64,000 bases of DNA from Octopus vulgaris (GCA_951406725.2 OX597816.1:44702001-44766000), one strand, 5' to 3'. Counted from the stretch's first letter, positions 1-14,336 are shown. Notes: generated by a model from the sequence alone, not told the origin. Numbers and translations: made by a program.

Positions 1-45
1 CCGTTTTTCGTCTTTTTCCTCTCTCTTCCTTCTCTTTCTACCAGT

Positions 46-780
46 ATGATCACTCCAAGAGTGTTGTCTATAAATACATGTGAGCAGGAATTACCCGCGA
101 AGCAAGGTCACTTACTAAATGATACTCAAGGGGCTAGTTTGGATGTGATACTCATTGGCGAAACCAGAATTTCCGACATAAGTCCCACAGTGCCCATTGC
201 TGCTAATCTTTGAGATCTTCGCATCCCTTACTTAATCCGATATAGGGGCAGAGTGGCTATGCTGCTCCGATAAGATCCGGACCCCAAAATTTCGGGCCTT
301 GTGCCTAGAGTAGAAAAGGATAGAGGTGAAATAAAGGAGTCGATATAGATCTAATCGACTGGCCCCCTCCCCCAAAATTTCGGGCCATGTGCCTAGAGTA
401 GAAAAGGATGAGATCCGGGCCTTGAGGTACGGTAGATCTTCTTGGACTCAGGAAGTAAGTTAGTGGACCTAAGCGGGAAGAGGAGTGAGGGAGTTGCCTC
501 TACACAAGTCAGCGTGCATGCCCCGACAGGAATGGGGAGATGAGATTTCTTTTGGTGTTTGAAGGTTTTCCTGGGAAATCCTGTTCTTTAGTGCTAGTTG
601 GATTCGGAACGCAATCTCGGATGCATATGCTCGGCCGATTCCAACTGGGTGACACGTAGACTGGATTTTCCGAATACACCAATGTGTAAATGAACAAACA
701 GTGTCGTGAAATCCGGATCGCATGTAGATAAAGTATTCTATAGGCCAGTCGTTAAGGATAGCATATTTTATCCACACTAC
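46..780 (+). mobile_element. Decayed Tx1/L1-clade LINE ORF2 N-terminus (APE endonuclease remnant), interrupted by SINE-A tail fragments
   Basis: From ATG at 46: MITPRVLSINTCEQELPAKQGHLLNDTQGASLDVILIGETR (IN...DVI..ET APE motifs). Later DFPNTPM..TNS...SHVDKV resembles the WT...S.LDR segment. Stops and frameshifts present. SINE-A tail pieces at ~283-410 lie between two copies of AGATCCGG. Confidence 0.6.
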
Positions 781-1458
781 AAAGTAGTCGGCTTCGCAGA
801 CCACAAGCGTGTAATCTATACTGTCTGTACTGCAAAGAAAGAGACGAAATTAGAGAAGTAACTGATAGGAGCAATCGTCAACAACTGCTGGTGATTAGCT
901 TTGAAAAAGGCTATTAGATGTAAATTCATATGGTTTTGTAAGAAAAGAGCGATAGAGAGTTCTAGAGTAGACTAGTCAGTTACAGGCCTACAATGAAAAG
1001 GTATTGCGACTGATGTGTTAGTGATAAGATTGACCGTTGGCTGATTCTTCAACGCTAAGCACGAACGTTGCGTTTTCAGAGTTAGGGCAGGTACTCTAAA
1101 GCATGAAGGGACGAAAGCTGTTCGATGGCCCCGGGTTGCGGAAGCCCAATGTAGTAACAAAATCCACAATTTGGTCTTTGACAGATCGCGAAGGGGTGAT
1201 TGTATCTGTTTAAGGTGACCATTATCCGACCTAACCTCATGCTAGTATCTCCAACCCATAATGTGGAAGAACTTTAGAAAACATTTACCAGCATTTTCCC
1301 ATTCCATTGACAACATTATATAACAAAATTTAAATCATCTGATACCCTCTCGAGTAACAGTCGCCAATATTTCGATTACTTCTTATATGATGGTCGTTTC
1401 ATGCTTTTGGCAAATACTGTGCTTAGCTTCACTCCAATCTCTCTACATTTTTTCCTAC

Positions 1459-1600
1459 CTTTCCAGATTTTCACCTATTTTTCGACTTTCAGTTGTTCCA
1501 ACTAAACACCGTCAAATAGAGCTAATTATTAATGCTAGTTGACAATCGCCATTTCGAACAACGAATTAAAAATCACGTGATCAGAACGGTTTACGTCATA
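1459..1600 (-). promoter_or_regulatory. Candidate promoter and short first exon of a gene running leftwards out of the window
   Basis: Non-repetitive CpG-containing patch with CGCCATTT (YY1-like AAATGGCG on minus), E-box TCACGTGA, CRE-like TTACGTCA, and a minus-strand donor-like AAG|GTAGGA at 1459/1458. Confidence 0.3.
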
Positions 1601-2149
1601 AAATTTCGTTTTATTTTGTGGGAGCGAATGTGTATTCGCGCCTACCTGTGTGTGACAGTGTACGCGTTTGTATGTGTGTATATTTGAGTATTTTTGCATG
1701 TGTGTATCTTTATATTTGTGCGCTACGTTACGACTTTTTTTCTGGTGGTTTTACTCAATTTTATTATTATTATTCTTTTTAGTGGGGGTCTTTTTCGCTT
1801 TTCGTCTTCTGCCTATTTGATCGTTTCATTTTTCCTTCCATTTTTCACTTTACAAAGACAAAAAAAAATAAATGAATAAATAAATAAATAACATTTCCTT
1901 AATTCCACCAGTATCAGTCAACAAAATTGTTCTTGGCATCAACTGGAATCGCTTAAAATTTTCAGGCTGATGAAGAAAGAAGATGTAAAGTAAAAATGAA
2001 ACAAAATATAATTTAAACAGCAGAGGAAGAAAAAAATTTCAAATCAAAACAGACATGTGAGGGAAAACGTAAAAATGGGTGAGCAGAAAAAAAAATGAAA
2101 ACCAGAGATAGAAGGAAATGAAAAGATGAGAGTGAAGAGAAAAATAGCG

Positions 2150-2181
<32 letters not shown>

Positions 2182-2289
2182 AGTTTTACTTTTTTTCTAT
2201 AAAGGTGGGAGGGCGTGTGCAAGAAAAAAAGGTTGAAAGTAAAGTTTGACGATTCTGATGCTGCTCCTGCTATTTTTCATCACTGAAGG

Positions 2290-2293
2290 TAAC

Positions 2294-2342
<49 letters not shown>

Positions 2343-2772
2343 GTGATGGTGATGATGATGATGATGATGACGACGACGAAGACGACGATGATGACGTCGA
2401 TGAGGATTGTGATAATGATGATGATGATGATGATGGTGGTGGTGAGGAGGAGGATAAGAAGGAGATGTGGAGGAGTAGGAGGAAGAGAAGGGGTTTGTGG
2501 AGGAGTAGGAGGAGGAGGAGAAAGAAGTTGAGGAGAAGGAGAAGGAAGAGATGACGAAGACGACGACAACGACGATGATGATAATGATGATGATGATGAT
2601 TACAATGATGTCATAATCATCGTTTAATCAGCAGCAGCAACAAGGAACACTGACACCACAATCCCCATCACTCTAATCAAGATAAAAATATTTATGACTT
2701 TCAAGATGATGATGATGATGATACTGATGATGATGACGATGATGATGACGATTATGATGATCATGATCATGG

Positions 2773-2808
<36 letters not shown>

Positions 2809-2815
2809 CGACGAC

Positions 2816-2850
<35 letters not shown>

Positions 2851-2875
2851 CGACGATGATGATGATGATGATGAC

Positions 2876-2910
<35 letters not shown>

Positions 2911-2953
2911 CGACGATGACGATGATGATGATGATGATGACGAAGACGATGAC

Positions 2954-2986
<33 letters not shown>

Positions 2987-3121
2987 AATGATGATAATGA
3001 CGATGTTGATGACGACGATGATGATGATGCTGATGGTGATGATGACCACGACGACGATGATGATGAAGATGTAGGTGATGACGATGATGATAACGACCGC
3101 CACAACTACGACTACGACCAC

Positions 3122-3152
<31 letters not shown>

Positions 3153-3600
3153 GTGATCATGATGATGATGATGATGATGATGTTATGGGTATTGTTATTG
3201 TCACCGGATCATTTAGAATCGGGTAAATATTAAGACTTTAATTGGGCTTGTCAGAAGTCCGGTTTTAGATTTTGATTCCAAGTGACAGCAAAATGGAGCG
3301 AGTGTGAACGGTTGAAATAAATGATGCACGGAAACGAATGATGAAGAAGAAGAAGAAGAAGAAGAAGAAGAAGAAGAAGAAGAAGAAGAAGAAGAAGAAA
3401 AAGAAGACGTATAGAATGGCAAAGAAATAATGTAAACCAACGAAGGAAAGTATGTAAAAAAAAAACAACAACAACAACAACAACAATAACACCGGTAGCA
3501 ACAGCAACAACAACAACAATAACGATAATAATAATAATGATAACAATAATGCTAATAGCAATGGCAATAAGGACTAGAACAAGAATAATAAAATCGTTAC

Positions 3601-3681
<81 letters not shown>

Positions 3682-3879
3682 TAATAATAATAATAATGTT
3701 GATGATGATCATCATCATGATGATGATGGTGATACATACTGAAATAATTTTCAAAGAAGAAATAAAAATGAATACTAATTGAGAAAAAAACAGAACAATA
3801 GGGAAGATATTGTGAGAGTTGGGAGCAAAAACCAAAATGAATAAAATATGAAAAGGAACACAACTAGTGATGATAGTGG

Positions 3880-3912
<33 letters not shown>

Positions 3913-3930
3913 CGATGATGATGATGACGG

Positions 3931-3990
<60 letters not shown>

Positions 3991-4008
3991 CGGTGATGAT
4001 GATGACGG

Positions 4009-4050
<42 letters not shown>

Positions 4051-4071
4051 CGATGATGATGATGATGACGG

Positions 4072-4107
<36 letters not shown>

Positions 4108-4310
4108 CGGTGATGATGATAATGGTGATGATGATGATGATGGTGGTGCTTGTGTACTTGTGGTGGTGGTGAAGAAGAAGAAGAAGAAGAAGAAGAAAAA
4201 GAAGAAGAAGAAGAAGAAGAAGAAGAAGAAGAAGAAGAAGAAGAAGAAGAAGAAGAAGAAGAAGAAGAAGAAGAAGAAGAAGAAGAAGAAGAAGAAGAAG
4301 AAGAAGAAAT
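2290..4310. repeat. Compound trinucleotide microsatellite field: (GAT/GAC)n, (GGA)n, (GAA)n, (CAA)n, (TAA)n
   Basis: Directly visible, e.g. (GAA)n at ~3343-3407 and ~4171-4308, (TAA)n at ~3608-3697. Confidence 0.97.
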
Positions 4311-4794
4311 AGTGGAGAAAAAAAAAGAATACCGAAATATTTGAAAATGTTTAAGCAATTTTAATTTCATTTAAAATGTCATATATTATTATTATAAGGC
4401 TGAGCTGTCTGTTATGTAACAACTTATAGTTTCTTTCGAATTTTTAATGCGTTTTTCTCAATTTTTTATTTTTAGCATTTATAACATTTTAAAGTTGCAT
4501 TCAAAACTACCTGCAGAGCTGGTTCGTAGTTTAACAAAAATATATATTCTGCACTGCATCAAAGCTCGATAGGTTTAGTGAATACTGCTGGTGGCTACAG
4601 AATCGTTCACATTAAGGATGTCGCCAGAAGTAAGGTCGTGTGGCATGGACTGAAAGATTTTGTGAACTGCACGGTAATATATAGGAGAATAATGGTATAT
4701 TTAGTATTTTCTGTTGTGTCTCTCTTTCGCGTCTCTCTCCCATGCAGTGAAGCAATCTCAGGGATACCTGTAATTACCAATGTATATGTTCTAT

Positions 4795-5098
4795 CTTCTA
4801 TCTTTTATTCGCTTCAGTCAGTAGACTGCGGCCATGTTAGAGCACTGCCTTGGTGTATCTTTTGTTTTCTTTTAGTCGAATGAGCCTACTCCCGTACTTA
4901 TTTTCGCAAGCCTGTTGCGTGTTTTGTCGTTGTCTTTTGCCGAACCGGTAAGTTACGGGGACGTAAACACACCAGCACCGGCTATCAAACGGTGGTGGAG
5001 GACAAATACTGACACACACAGACACAAACACACACATATCTCTACGACAGACCGAAACCATGTGGTTTGGAAGCAAGTTTCTTACCACACATCCATAC
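4795..5098 (-). mobile_element. SINE-B, decayed and internally deleted
   Basis: Matches the SINE-B copies at 19295 and 62315 (cagtca..gactgcggccatg, ttttgccgaacc, ttaccacac). Confidence 0.8.
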
Positions 5099-5129
5099 TT
5101 GATTTTTTTCTTATCTTATATTCGGGAGA

Positions 5130-6040
5130 GTGAGAGAAAGTGCATGGTCTATGGCTCTTTATAGAACCTCTAAGACTGAGAGCAGTAGAGAAGAAATTAT
5201 TCTGAAATTTGCAACTAAGTCCGAATGCTTACAAAACAGGACACTCCGCTAAAGTTATTCAACCTTATAGACTTTGCGTAGACACCTGAATGCAAATTTA
5301 TAGGCCAAAATTATCAAATTCGCCCCCTTGTTCGGCCCCTTTCTAACAGTGTGACTATACCGTGGCTCCTAGAAATGATAACTCACGTATTCTGTTGCCA
5401 TGCGCATTAGACATTTGCCAAGATGTCGACAGAGTAAGCCTGGTATATAAAAGTGAGGCTCATGGGGTAGACCATCCAAGCTTGATGACTTCTTCACCAT
5501 GCAACTAACCAAAGTTTCCCGTATTTCTTCAGGTGCTTTCGGCTTTCATGGATCTCCGCATCCTTATCCGAGAGTTGTGACAGGTCGTTGAGGTAAACAG
5601 TAAAATTCACATCTGTCTCCTGTTCAAAGTCCGCTCCAAACGGTCGGGCAAAGTGCTACTGAAAAGTTGCACACATTTGCTTGGAATCGAGTAGCATGCG
5701 ATCATACCGGTACATCAAAAGCGTATTATGGCCCTCTTCCTTTATATGGTTCTACTTCCCTGGCAGAGCTGTTGTTCCCCCATGTCCTAGAGCATGTTCT
5801 CTAGCTTTAACAATAGTCTTTGTGTTTCGCATACGTAATCAGTCAAGAGCTTATCTCGTCGCAATCACGCTGGTTGAGATGTCTTTCCCAGGTACCATGT
5901 CTCGGTTCGAAACTAATTTCACCTCAATAATCTAAACTTCTCTATCATTATTTCCATACTGAAACTTATACACCCTAATCTAGTAGCCTTTTCAGGGCTA
6001 GATAACATCGTTCGCTGAAAACTTCCTCTGTGAAATCACG
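5130..6040 (-). mobile_element. Decayed Tx1/L1-like ORF2 (pre-RT/RT start) remnant
   Basis: Minus strand reads KKSSSLDGLPHE (KSPGxDGLPxE motif) followed by GIVTLL...FWPINL (GxITLL...FRPITL motif), with stops. Confidence 0.5.
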
Positions 6041-6047
6041 GTCGGTA

Positions 6048-6700
6048 TATAAGGTGAATTCTAGAAATCTTCAGATTCCTTCAGGAGAGACATTTATTAA
6101 TTTCAAAGAAATACAAAACACCAATCTCCTTCAAAGTAGGAGCTTCTGACGTCAAGCTATTTGTGTTGCTTCAGCCACTTCATGAAGGACCCATGGAAGT
6201 CCTCGTAAAAGGTGTCCGAGTCCCTTGTCACACCTACCTTCATCTTCAAAACGACTGCCCCTGGGGCTCCCCTTCAGCTTGGTGGACAACCAAATGTCAC
6301 ATGGAACAAGGTCCAGACTGTAACTTCGATACCCACCTCTATCAAGAATTTCGTTACCAAGATCTCCGTCATTAAGCATCCTGAGAACGCACTTTCAGAC
6401 CCTCATGACTCTCTCCAAACTGTATACATATTGTCACAACGGTCCTCATCCAGAAAATTGGGAATTTAATTTTCTTAACCAGCTTTTATGTTCTGCCGTA
6501 GCTCTCCTTCCCATACCGCTCATCGTTTACCATTCTTGAACCTTTTGTTCTAGCAAAACATTTAATCCATATACAATCTGAGATATGTCATAAGTTTCTC
6601 TCATGTTTTGCCCAGTTTAGCACAAACCTTTATTGAATAACTATCTTCCAAACGTCGATGGCATTCTGCAAAATAGTCGGCTGTGTCAAACAGTGTTACG
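6048..6700 (-). mobile_element. Mariner transposon remnant (transposase C-terminus)
   Basis: ORF 6152-6379 contains YSLDLVPCDIWLSTKLKGSPRGSRF, a decayed YSPDLAPxDFxLFxKLKxxLxGxRF mariner motif. Confidence 0.75.
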
Positions 6701-6776
6701 TAGGTTTAGGGTTCAAATTTAGAATAACAAAAGTTGGCAGGCGAGCTTATTAAATGTATAGTAACGATATACTAAA

Positions 6777-6908
6777 ACTATTAAAGCCCGCGAAGAGCGC
6801 AGACCTCCACCAAGCAGCTCATTTCCACCCATATACACGCATGCTGAAAATCGCACCAATTTCCCAAACCAACGCCAGCAAAAACATAACTTCCTTGGCG
6901 GAGGTAAA
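6777..6908. mobile_element. Short Helentron-associated (HINE-like) element
   Basis: Sub-terminal inverted repeat ACCTCCACCAAG / CTTGGCGGAGGT; terminus aaaacataacttccttggcggaggtaa is shared with the copy ending at ~8062. Confidence 0.55.
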
Positions 6909-7330
6909 AAAATATCACGGCCATATGATTTAAAAAAGAAACCTAACCCTATACCTAACCTTACCAAACTATACCTACCTACCTACCTACTTTACATTCT
7001 TCTGTGGTCAGTATAGTATCAATTACCCCTCAAGGGTCAAGCATCAGTTGTTGTTACCACTACCTCCTCCTCTGCTGCTGCTTTTAGCAACCCTTGATGT
7101 TAGTGTCATTTAATTTCTGAAATGTTTCGCTGCCGTTTGTTCTTGTTGTTTGATCTCTTTACCCATCAGTTTCTAGTAAGATAGATACGCGAGTAAAATT
7201 ACTAATAGAGAAACGAAAATAAAACTTTGGAAACAACAACGCCACCAAAGGTTACGTGTTTTCAACGTGAGCTAATCAGAGAAAGACTTCAAACAATCAG
7301 AGAAAGACTTCAAACAACGTAACATTGTAA

Positions 7331-7836
7331 TCTATATATATAAAACTCTAGTTGTGTGAGTGTCTGTCCCCTTCGATTTAGATTCCTAACTCCTCCCACA
7401 TTTTGCGGTGCAGTTTAACCAAATTCGGGTATCTTATAGTCGTGATTCATATCGAGCCCGTCTGACTATTAGCGCGCGTCAACGATGAGTCTATGATTTT
7501 AAAAATAATTTAACATCATTTTTTATTCCATTTTAATGCATAAAATGCATCGTGTGTCGATAGCGGCGGAGTTGGCGTCCACGCTCACAGCTGCACCTGT
7601 TTGCTTCTCCCCCTTCCCTCCCTCGTGAAGCTGTGGGGAAGGGAGTGTAAAGAAATCAACGTCGTAAAGCGTTGTGAAGGAGACCAGCGTTCTTTTAGAA
7701 CAACGACTTCATGGCTTGAAGACACCAAAACAAAAATGGCTAAGAAAGCCCGAATTTATAAGGGAAGTAACTCTCTAAAAATGCTTATATAGTTATTTCC
7801 CTTACAAACCCGAGCAACGCCGGGCGATACTGCTAG
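7331..7836 (+). mobile_element. Complete non-autonomous Helitron (~506 bp)
   Basis: 5' A|TCTATATATATAAAA, 3' hairpin CCCGAGCAACGCCGGG (7809-7824), then CTAG|T; A-T target, no TSD. Confidence 0.85.
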
Positions 7837-7854
7837 TACTTCATGTAAAGTAAA

Positions 7855-8062
7855 TATATCAAATGAAAAATCCTTCAAGCTTCCTTAAAAATTCTCGGAT
7901 CACTACCAAAATTTCATCATCTGTTCCTTGTGTCATTACCAACTTTTTCTGCAAGTTCATCAAATACCGTTCACAACTGTTTGAGTTATTTTGCACACAG
8001 ACGGACAGATGGACAAGCCAACGCCGATGAAAACACAATCTCCTTCCTTGGCGGAGGTAATT
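7855..8062. mobile_element. HINE-like (Helentron-associated) element
   Basis: caaaatttcat core, (CAGA)-type microsatellite and terminal ccttggcggaggtaa. Confidence 0.6.
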
Positions 8063-9599
8063 ACAATCTAAGATAGTTATAACTGCCTCTTCCCAAAACG
8101 TCTCTTAACTTCTGGAATGTACCTTTTGTGAAAGCTGGCATTAGAAAGACGGGTTCAGCTTCCGGTAATTGGGTCCCTACCTATGAAGCTTATATAGGTT
8201 GAGTGAACACATCAGAAATTTGTGTCCAACGTAGTTAACTACTTTGAATTGTAGAAAAGCTGTGCTATTCTTATCAGAGTACTCTAGATATGTGAATGAT
8301 TCGATACTCATCTTTGATATCTACATTACCACATTCGGGAAATCCAATCGGTACCTGCCAGCCAGTAGGAAACGACTGAGCAGAATCGCAAGGCTGTTAT
8401 ACAAAGCTCTTCAATCAGCTAACCTCACACAATCCAGACGCGCATCAAAGATAGGATTCTGATTACTCACTATCATTGAGAGCGGAACATTCCAACGGAA
8501 ACCTCTAGATGCACGAAGAAATATTACCGCTTCGTCCCAAACTGAGCATACACAGCGACTGTCTACAGGCACCAACTCACGCCCAGGACCACCAGTTTAC
8601 CGTCCGAGTCCAGAAAGATGGACTATCCCTTGGCTCAAACCTTTCTATGCCACTACTCTACCCATTGTTCCGCGACGAGTATGAGAAGAAAATAATTACA
8701 AAGTTACAAAAGATGGGAGTGTTTGGGAAATCCTGTTCACACACACAGAAGGATCTGAGATCATTGAGCAAGCAGTCTTCTTTCCAGGATAATCCCAGAC
8801 TACGTGAATTTATACACACAACTACGTAGGTAGAAATTGGAGGAGAAAAGAAAACGAGTTATTGACCTATTTGTAGATTCTGGAGACAGGTTAACTCGAG
8901 CTCCATGAGATGTTGGTGTTTTTATAATTTTTTTTGAAAATTCTTTATGTGTCTACTGCTGGTTCTTGGGCTGGGGCTTCCCATATCACTGTGGAAATTA
9001 TTTTGTGTCTCCAACTCCAGCCCGATCAACTTCAAACTTTGTGGAATCTTGAAAAGCCGAAAGACTTTTCCCTTTCGTTCACTGCTTGCCTTTTGTGGCA
9101 TCCGATATTGATTCGTGTGGTCATCAGCACAAAATTTGCGGTGAGTGTGTTTTGTTGATGCTGCTGTGTTTGTGACTGTGTGAGTACTGCTCTTGTGCGT
9201 TTCTTTTTTGTTGAGATTAGTGTTAGTGAAGCTAATATTGCAGTTATTATTTTCGAGTTATTTCTTTGGTGAGGGTCTGATAGTGTCGACGCTGTTGTGA
9301 TATGTGGTTCGTTCAGAGGGAACATATCGTTTTCAATTTTTTGTTGTTCTTTTTGGTTTACTTTTTCTTTTTGTTTTTCTTGTTTGCCCCATCTAATCAC
9401 ATGATGAAATTTCTACATTTTAAAGGTCTTATTTGTGGGTAGATGTAAGTATATTTTCGCATGGTCCTGACTGATTGCGTTTGAAAGTGGTGTTGATGGA
9501 GCTAGGCTGGAGATATTCCTGGATTGTGGGCCTTTTTTCTGTTGCTGCTGTTGCCTGGTCTTGCTGTCGCTGCTTGGTTGGTACTGCTGTCGTTGTTGT

Positions 9600-9790
9600 T
9601 GCCGCTGGTGTATTTACGTCCTCATAACTTAGCGGTTCGGCAAAAAAGACCGTTAGAATAAGTACCACTCTTACAAAAAAAATAATAATAATAAGTACTG
9701 CAGTCGATTTGTTCGACTAAGATTCTTCAAGTTGTTGTCCCAGCCTGGCCGCAGTCTAGTGACTGAAACAAGTAATAGATAAAGAAAAAA
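9600..9790 (+). mobile_element. SINE-B 3' half
   Basis: gctggtgtatttacgtcc...aacttagcggttcggcaaaa...gactgaaacaagta. Confidence 0.8.
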
Positions 9791-10581
9791 ATAAGAAAAA
9801 TAAGCCTAGGAAATTTTGAGAGGAAGGTATTAGTCGATTTTACCGCGTCCATATTAAAAGGCTGCCCATAATGACTGAAAAAATATTTAGGACAGTATAA
9901 AGACAAAGGTCAGCAGGGATGGCCATATACACGATTAACCCTTTAGTGAATTTTCAGGTGATAGGTTTAATCTATTTATTAATCCTTCGGTTTAACTCCA
10001 CTTACTGGTCCTTGCACGTCTGTATTAAGAATCCCTTTTGTTGCAATGATTCATACAGTGTCTGGTATAAGTTGCAAAGGTTTATACAGTGTCTGATGTC
10101 AGACCCTTTCTGCCTGTCTCCTATCCTAAATTTCCCCCTTTCTTCCTTAGGTTCTTCCTGCCTTACTACCTCCTTCTTTTACTCTCTTCCTCTGTTATTC
10201 CCTTACTCCATAACACCCTTACTGTCTTTTCCCGGTTTCGAAGGCCGTCGATGAATGCACAACCGTCGGCGCTGCCTTTTCTCAACTGACAAATCGAGGA
10301 AAAGAGTCTACATGTTATTCTCTTACGAAAGTACAGATTTGACACTTCTTTTATATGGCTCTAAAAATATCGGGGGAATGCCTTTCCCCATAAATAGCCA
10401 CAGTCGTGGTTGACCTGAGGTTAAACCAAGCGAGGGCAACCATTTTCAAGAAGGACATCGCATGACACATAACTTATCACGCGGCTGGATGCACTGCTAA
10501 AAAGTTTCAAGATGATTTTTTCTTTAGGTGTGCCGTGCAGAAAGACCTGCGGGCAGCCACAGTTTGCCTAAGACTGCACTA

Positions 10582-11022
10582 GGCGTAGGAGTGGCTGTGT
10601 GGTAAGTAACTTGCTTACCAGCCACATGCTTCTGGGTTCAGTCCCACTACGTGGCACCTTGGACAAGTGTCCTCTACTATAGCCTCGGGCCGACCACAGT
10701 CTTGTTAGTGGATTTGGTAGACAGAAACTGAAAGAAGCCCGTTGTATATATGTATATATATATGTGTGTGTGCGCGCGTGTGCGCGTGTGTGTGTATGTG
10801 TGTGTGTTTGTGTGTCTGTGTTTGTCCCCCCAACATCACTTCACAACCGATGCTGGTGTGTTCACGTCCCCGTCACTTAGCGGTTCGGCAAAAGAGACCT
10901 ATAGAATAAGTACTAGGCTTACAAAGAATAAGTCTTGGGGTGGATTTGCTCGGCTTAAAAGGCGGTGCTCCAGCATGGCCACAGTCAAATGACTGAAACA
11001 AGAGAAAAAGTGTAAAAGAGTA
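10582..11022 (+). mobile_element. SINE-B, full length (tRNA-like head, internal TA/TG microsatellite, CR1-like tail)
   Basis: GGCGTAGGAGTGGCTGTGTGGTAAG A-box-like, GGGTTCAGTCCC B-box-like, tail GGCGGTGCTCCAGCATGGCCACAGTCAAATGACTG. Confidence 0.92.
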
Positions 11023-11389
11023 ACAGAAACAAGGAACACCGTCATCATCATCATCGTCATCATCATTATAATCATCATCAAACTCAACAATGCAACACAA
11101 AATATCAACCAGTCACCCTACATTAAACGAATCACACATGATTATCTAGCGCCAAGGTGACGTCTTTGGTTACAAGGGTCTCGTCTTATTTACGTATGCG
11201 CATGTATATTCATTTTCTTTATCCATTTTATTGAATTTTATCTCCTAGTCTATCCCGTTGACATAATATATACCACATCAAAGCCTCCACGGCTGTTTGT
11301 TAATTTGCGTGATTTATTTATTATTATTGCGACCATCTTTCACTTAAGTATATATGTGCATAAATAGATATCTATGTTTATAAACACGG

Positions 11390-11910
<521 letters not shown>

Positions 11911-12102
11911 CCGTATCTGTGTGCTCGAGTGCGTTACGCAATTGATAAATGTTTCTTCCTCGACGGTTAATATTAAATCGATACGTACGTCATCTTAAGG
12001 AAAATTGATTTAACGGTTATTCTCAATATATTTTGTTTTATTTTCCATTGATGTGGTTACTTGTCGTGTGTTATTATTTTTCGATTGTTTTCAATAATAA
12101 AC

Positions 12103-12375
<273 letters not shown>

Positions 12376-12449
12376 TTAAACTGGCGAACTGGCATGACCG
12401 TTACTGCGCCGGACAAAATGCTTATTGGAATATCTTCCTATAAGCATCA

Positions 12450-12666
12450 TATTCTTTTCTACTCTAGACACAAGGCCCGAAATGCGGGGGGAGGGGGCCA
12501 GTCGATTAGACCGACCCCAGTACGCAACAGGTACTTCATTTATCGACCATGAAAGGATGAAAAGGTAAAGTCGACCTCGGCGGAATTTGAACTCAGAACG
12601 TAAAGACAGACAAAATACCGCTAAACATCTCGCCCGGTGTGCTAACGATTCTGCCAGCTCGCCGCC
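12450..12666 (-). mobile_element. SINE-A, full length, nested in an older SINE-A
   Basis: Head GGCGGCGAGCTGGCAGAATCGTTAGC, B-box-like GAGTTCAAATTCC, core CCTTTTCATCCTTTC..GGTCGATAAA; TSD ATAAGCATCA at 12440-12449 and 12667-12676. Confidence 0.9.
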
Positions 12667-12865
12667 ATAAGCATCACGTTGCCGCAGCAGAGCTCATTGG
12701 CCTCAGCTGAGCACTGGGGTCAATGTAATCACCAAGCACCCCCAGCCCTTAAAATATCAGATTTTGCACTATAGCTGAAAGGATTTGTATTATTTTTAGA
12801 GCAGCGTACTGTTAAAATCACTAAACTGTCTAAGAAAATGCTTTGTGTTATTTGTTCGAGTTCAC

Positions 12866-13263
12866 TTACTCTTTTACTCTTTTACTTGCTTCAGTCATTT
12901 GACTGCAGCCATGCTGGAGCACTGCCTTTAGTCGAGCAAATCGATCCGAGGACTTATTCTTCGTAAGCCTAGTACTTATTCTATCGGTGTCTTTTGCCGA
13001 ACGGCTAAGTTACGGGGACCTAAACACACCAGTATCGGTTGTCAAACGATGTTGGAGGGACAAACACAAACATACACACACATACATATATATATATACA
13101 TATATACAATGGGCTTTTTTCAGTTTCCGTCCACCAAATCCACTCAAGGCTTTGGTCGGCCCGAGGCTATAGTAGAAGACTCTTGCCTAAGGTGCCCTGC
13201 AGTGGGACTGAACATAGAACCATGTGGTTGGTAAGCAAGATACTTACCACACAGCCACTCCTG
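12866..13263 (-). mobile_element. SINE-B, full length, nested in a decayed SINE-A
   Basis: Collinear with other SINE-B copies; flanks read as a split SINE-A (aaatgctt... | ...ttacattctgagttcaaat...catcctttcagggtcgat). Confidence 0.9.
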
Positions 13264-13898
13264 GGTTCTTTACATTCTGAGTTCAAATGTCAGCCGAATT
13301 TGCTTTGACAATTCATCCTTTCAGGGTCGATGGAACAAGCACCAGTCAAGCACAAGGATGGACGAAATAGGTTAGACCCCGCCTTGCACCAACAATAGAG
13401 TGCTAGGGGGAAAAAAACCATCTTGTCCAGTTTAGTCCCTTTTAATCAAGATCCTGCCGGTTTAAGAGGGAATAGGGCAGAAATTGCGCAGGAGAAACCA
13501 TTCAAGAAACAGTACAATGATGGGAAATGAGGAGAAAAAAGGCAGGCGGTCAAAGACAAGGAAAGTGCAACACCGGAGAGCGGAGGTATGATTGCTATTA
13601 CAGCACCGAAGTGTGCATTGTTGACAACGTGTAAGGCGTTAGCGTACGGCGCAAATTGAAGGGCCATTAGTTGAGTCTCAGTGATAAAGTTGTGATGATG
13701 TCTACAGATGCGGCGAAATTGTATGGATATTGATTGGGGGGTTGAAAAATTTGCAACGGTTGGTAGACGTGAAGCGCAGCGTTACAATTTATGAACTTGT
13801 AAACCAAAACTTATTATATTATCATTGTATTAAGTTCTTCTGTACTTCTTTCATACATACATGACTTTCTGTTCATGTATATATGTATATATATATAT

Positions 13899-13942
<44 letters not shown>

Positions 13943-13981
13943 GTATATATATATGTATATATATATGTGTATATATATCTG

Positions 13982-14017
<36 letters not shown>

Positions 14018-14043
14018 GATAATATATATATGATATATATATA

Positions 14044-14193
14044 TGAAACACCTTAAGTTCCGGAGGGTCCGCAGGTGGGTCCCTGCCTTTTCGCCACAAC
14101 TTTCTCCATCTTGGCCGCTCGCTTGCAGGTGGCGTGTCATTGAATAAAACAATGAAGCGACCGATGTGCAACATCTGATAGCCGTCGTCATGA
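14044..14193 (+). mobile_element. Decayed SINE-C relative lacking the head
   Basis: gaaacaccttaag..., cgccacaactttctc and tail aaaacaatg...caacatctgat resemble the copy at 55860-56145. Confidence 0.55.
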
Positions 14194-14245
14194 TATATAT
14201 GTATATATATATAAGTACATATTTACACAAACAACATACACACAC

Positions 14246-14326
<81 letters not shown>

Positions 14327-14336
14327 ATACATAATG

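Noticed and set aside
2246-2554. ORF with hydrophobic start, poly-Asp and Arg-rich tail (superficially like acidic shell-matrix proteins)
   Set aside because: Starts at TTG and is almost entirely (GAT)n/(GGA)n microsatellite that is open in several frames; no independent coding evidence.
8880-9530. ORF 9032-9400 (minus) and similar strand-biased stretches at ~20000-20900 and ~49200-50500
   Set aside because: Probably very old retroelement debris, but I could not identify a diagnostic motif, so they are left unannotated.
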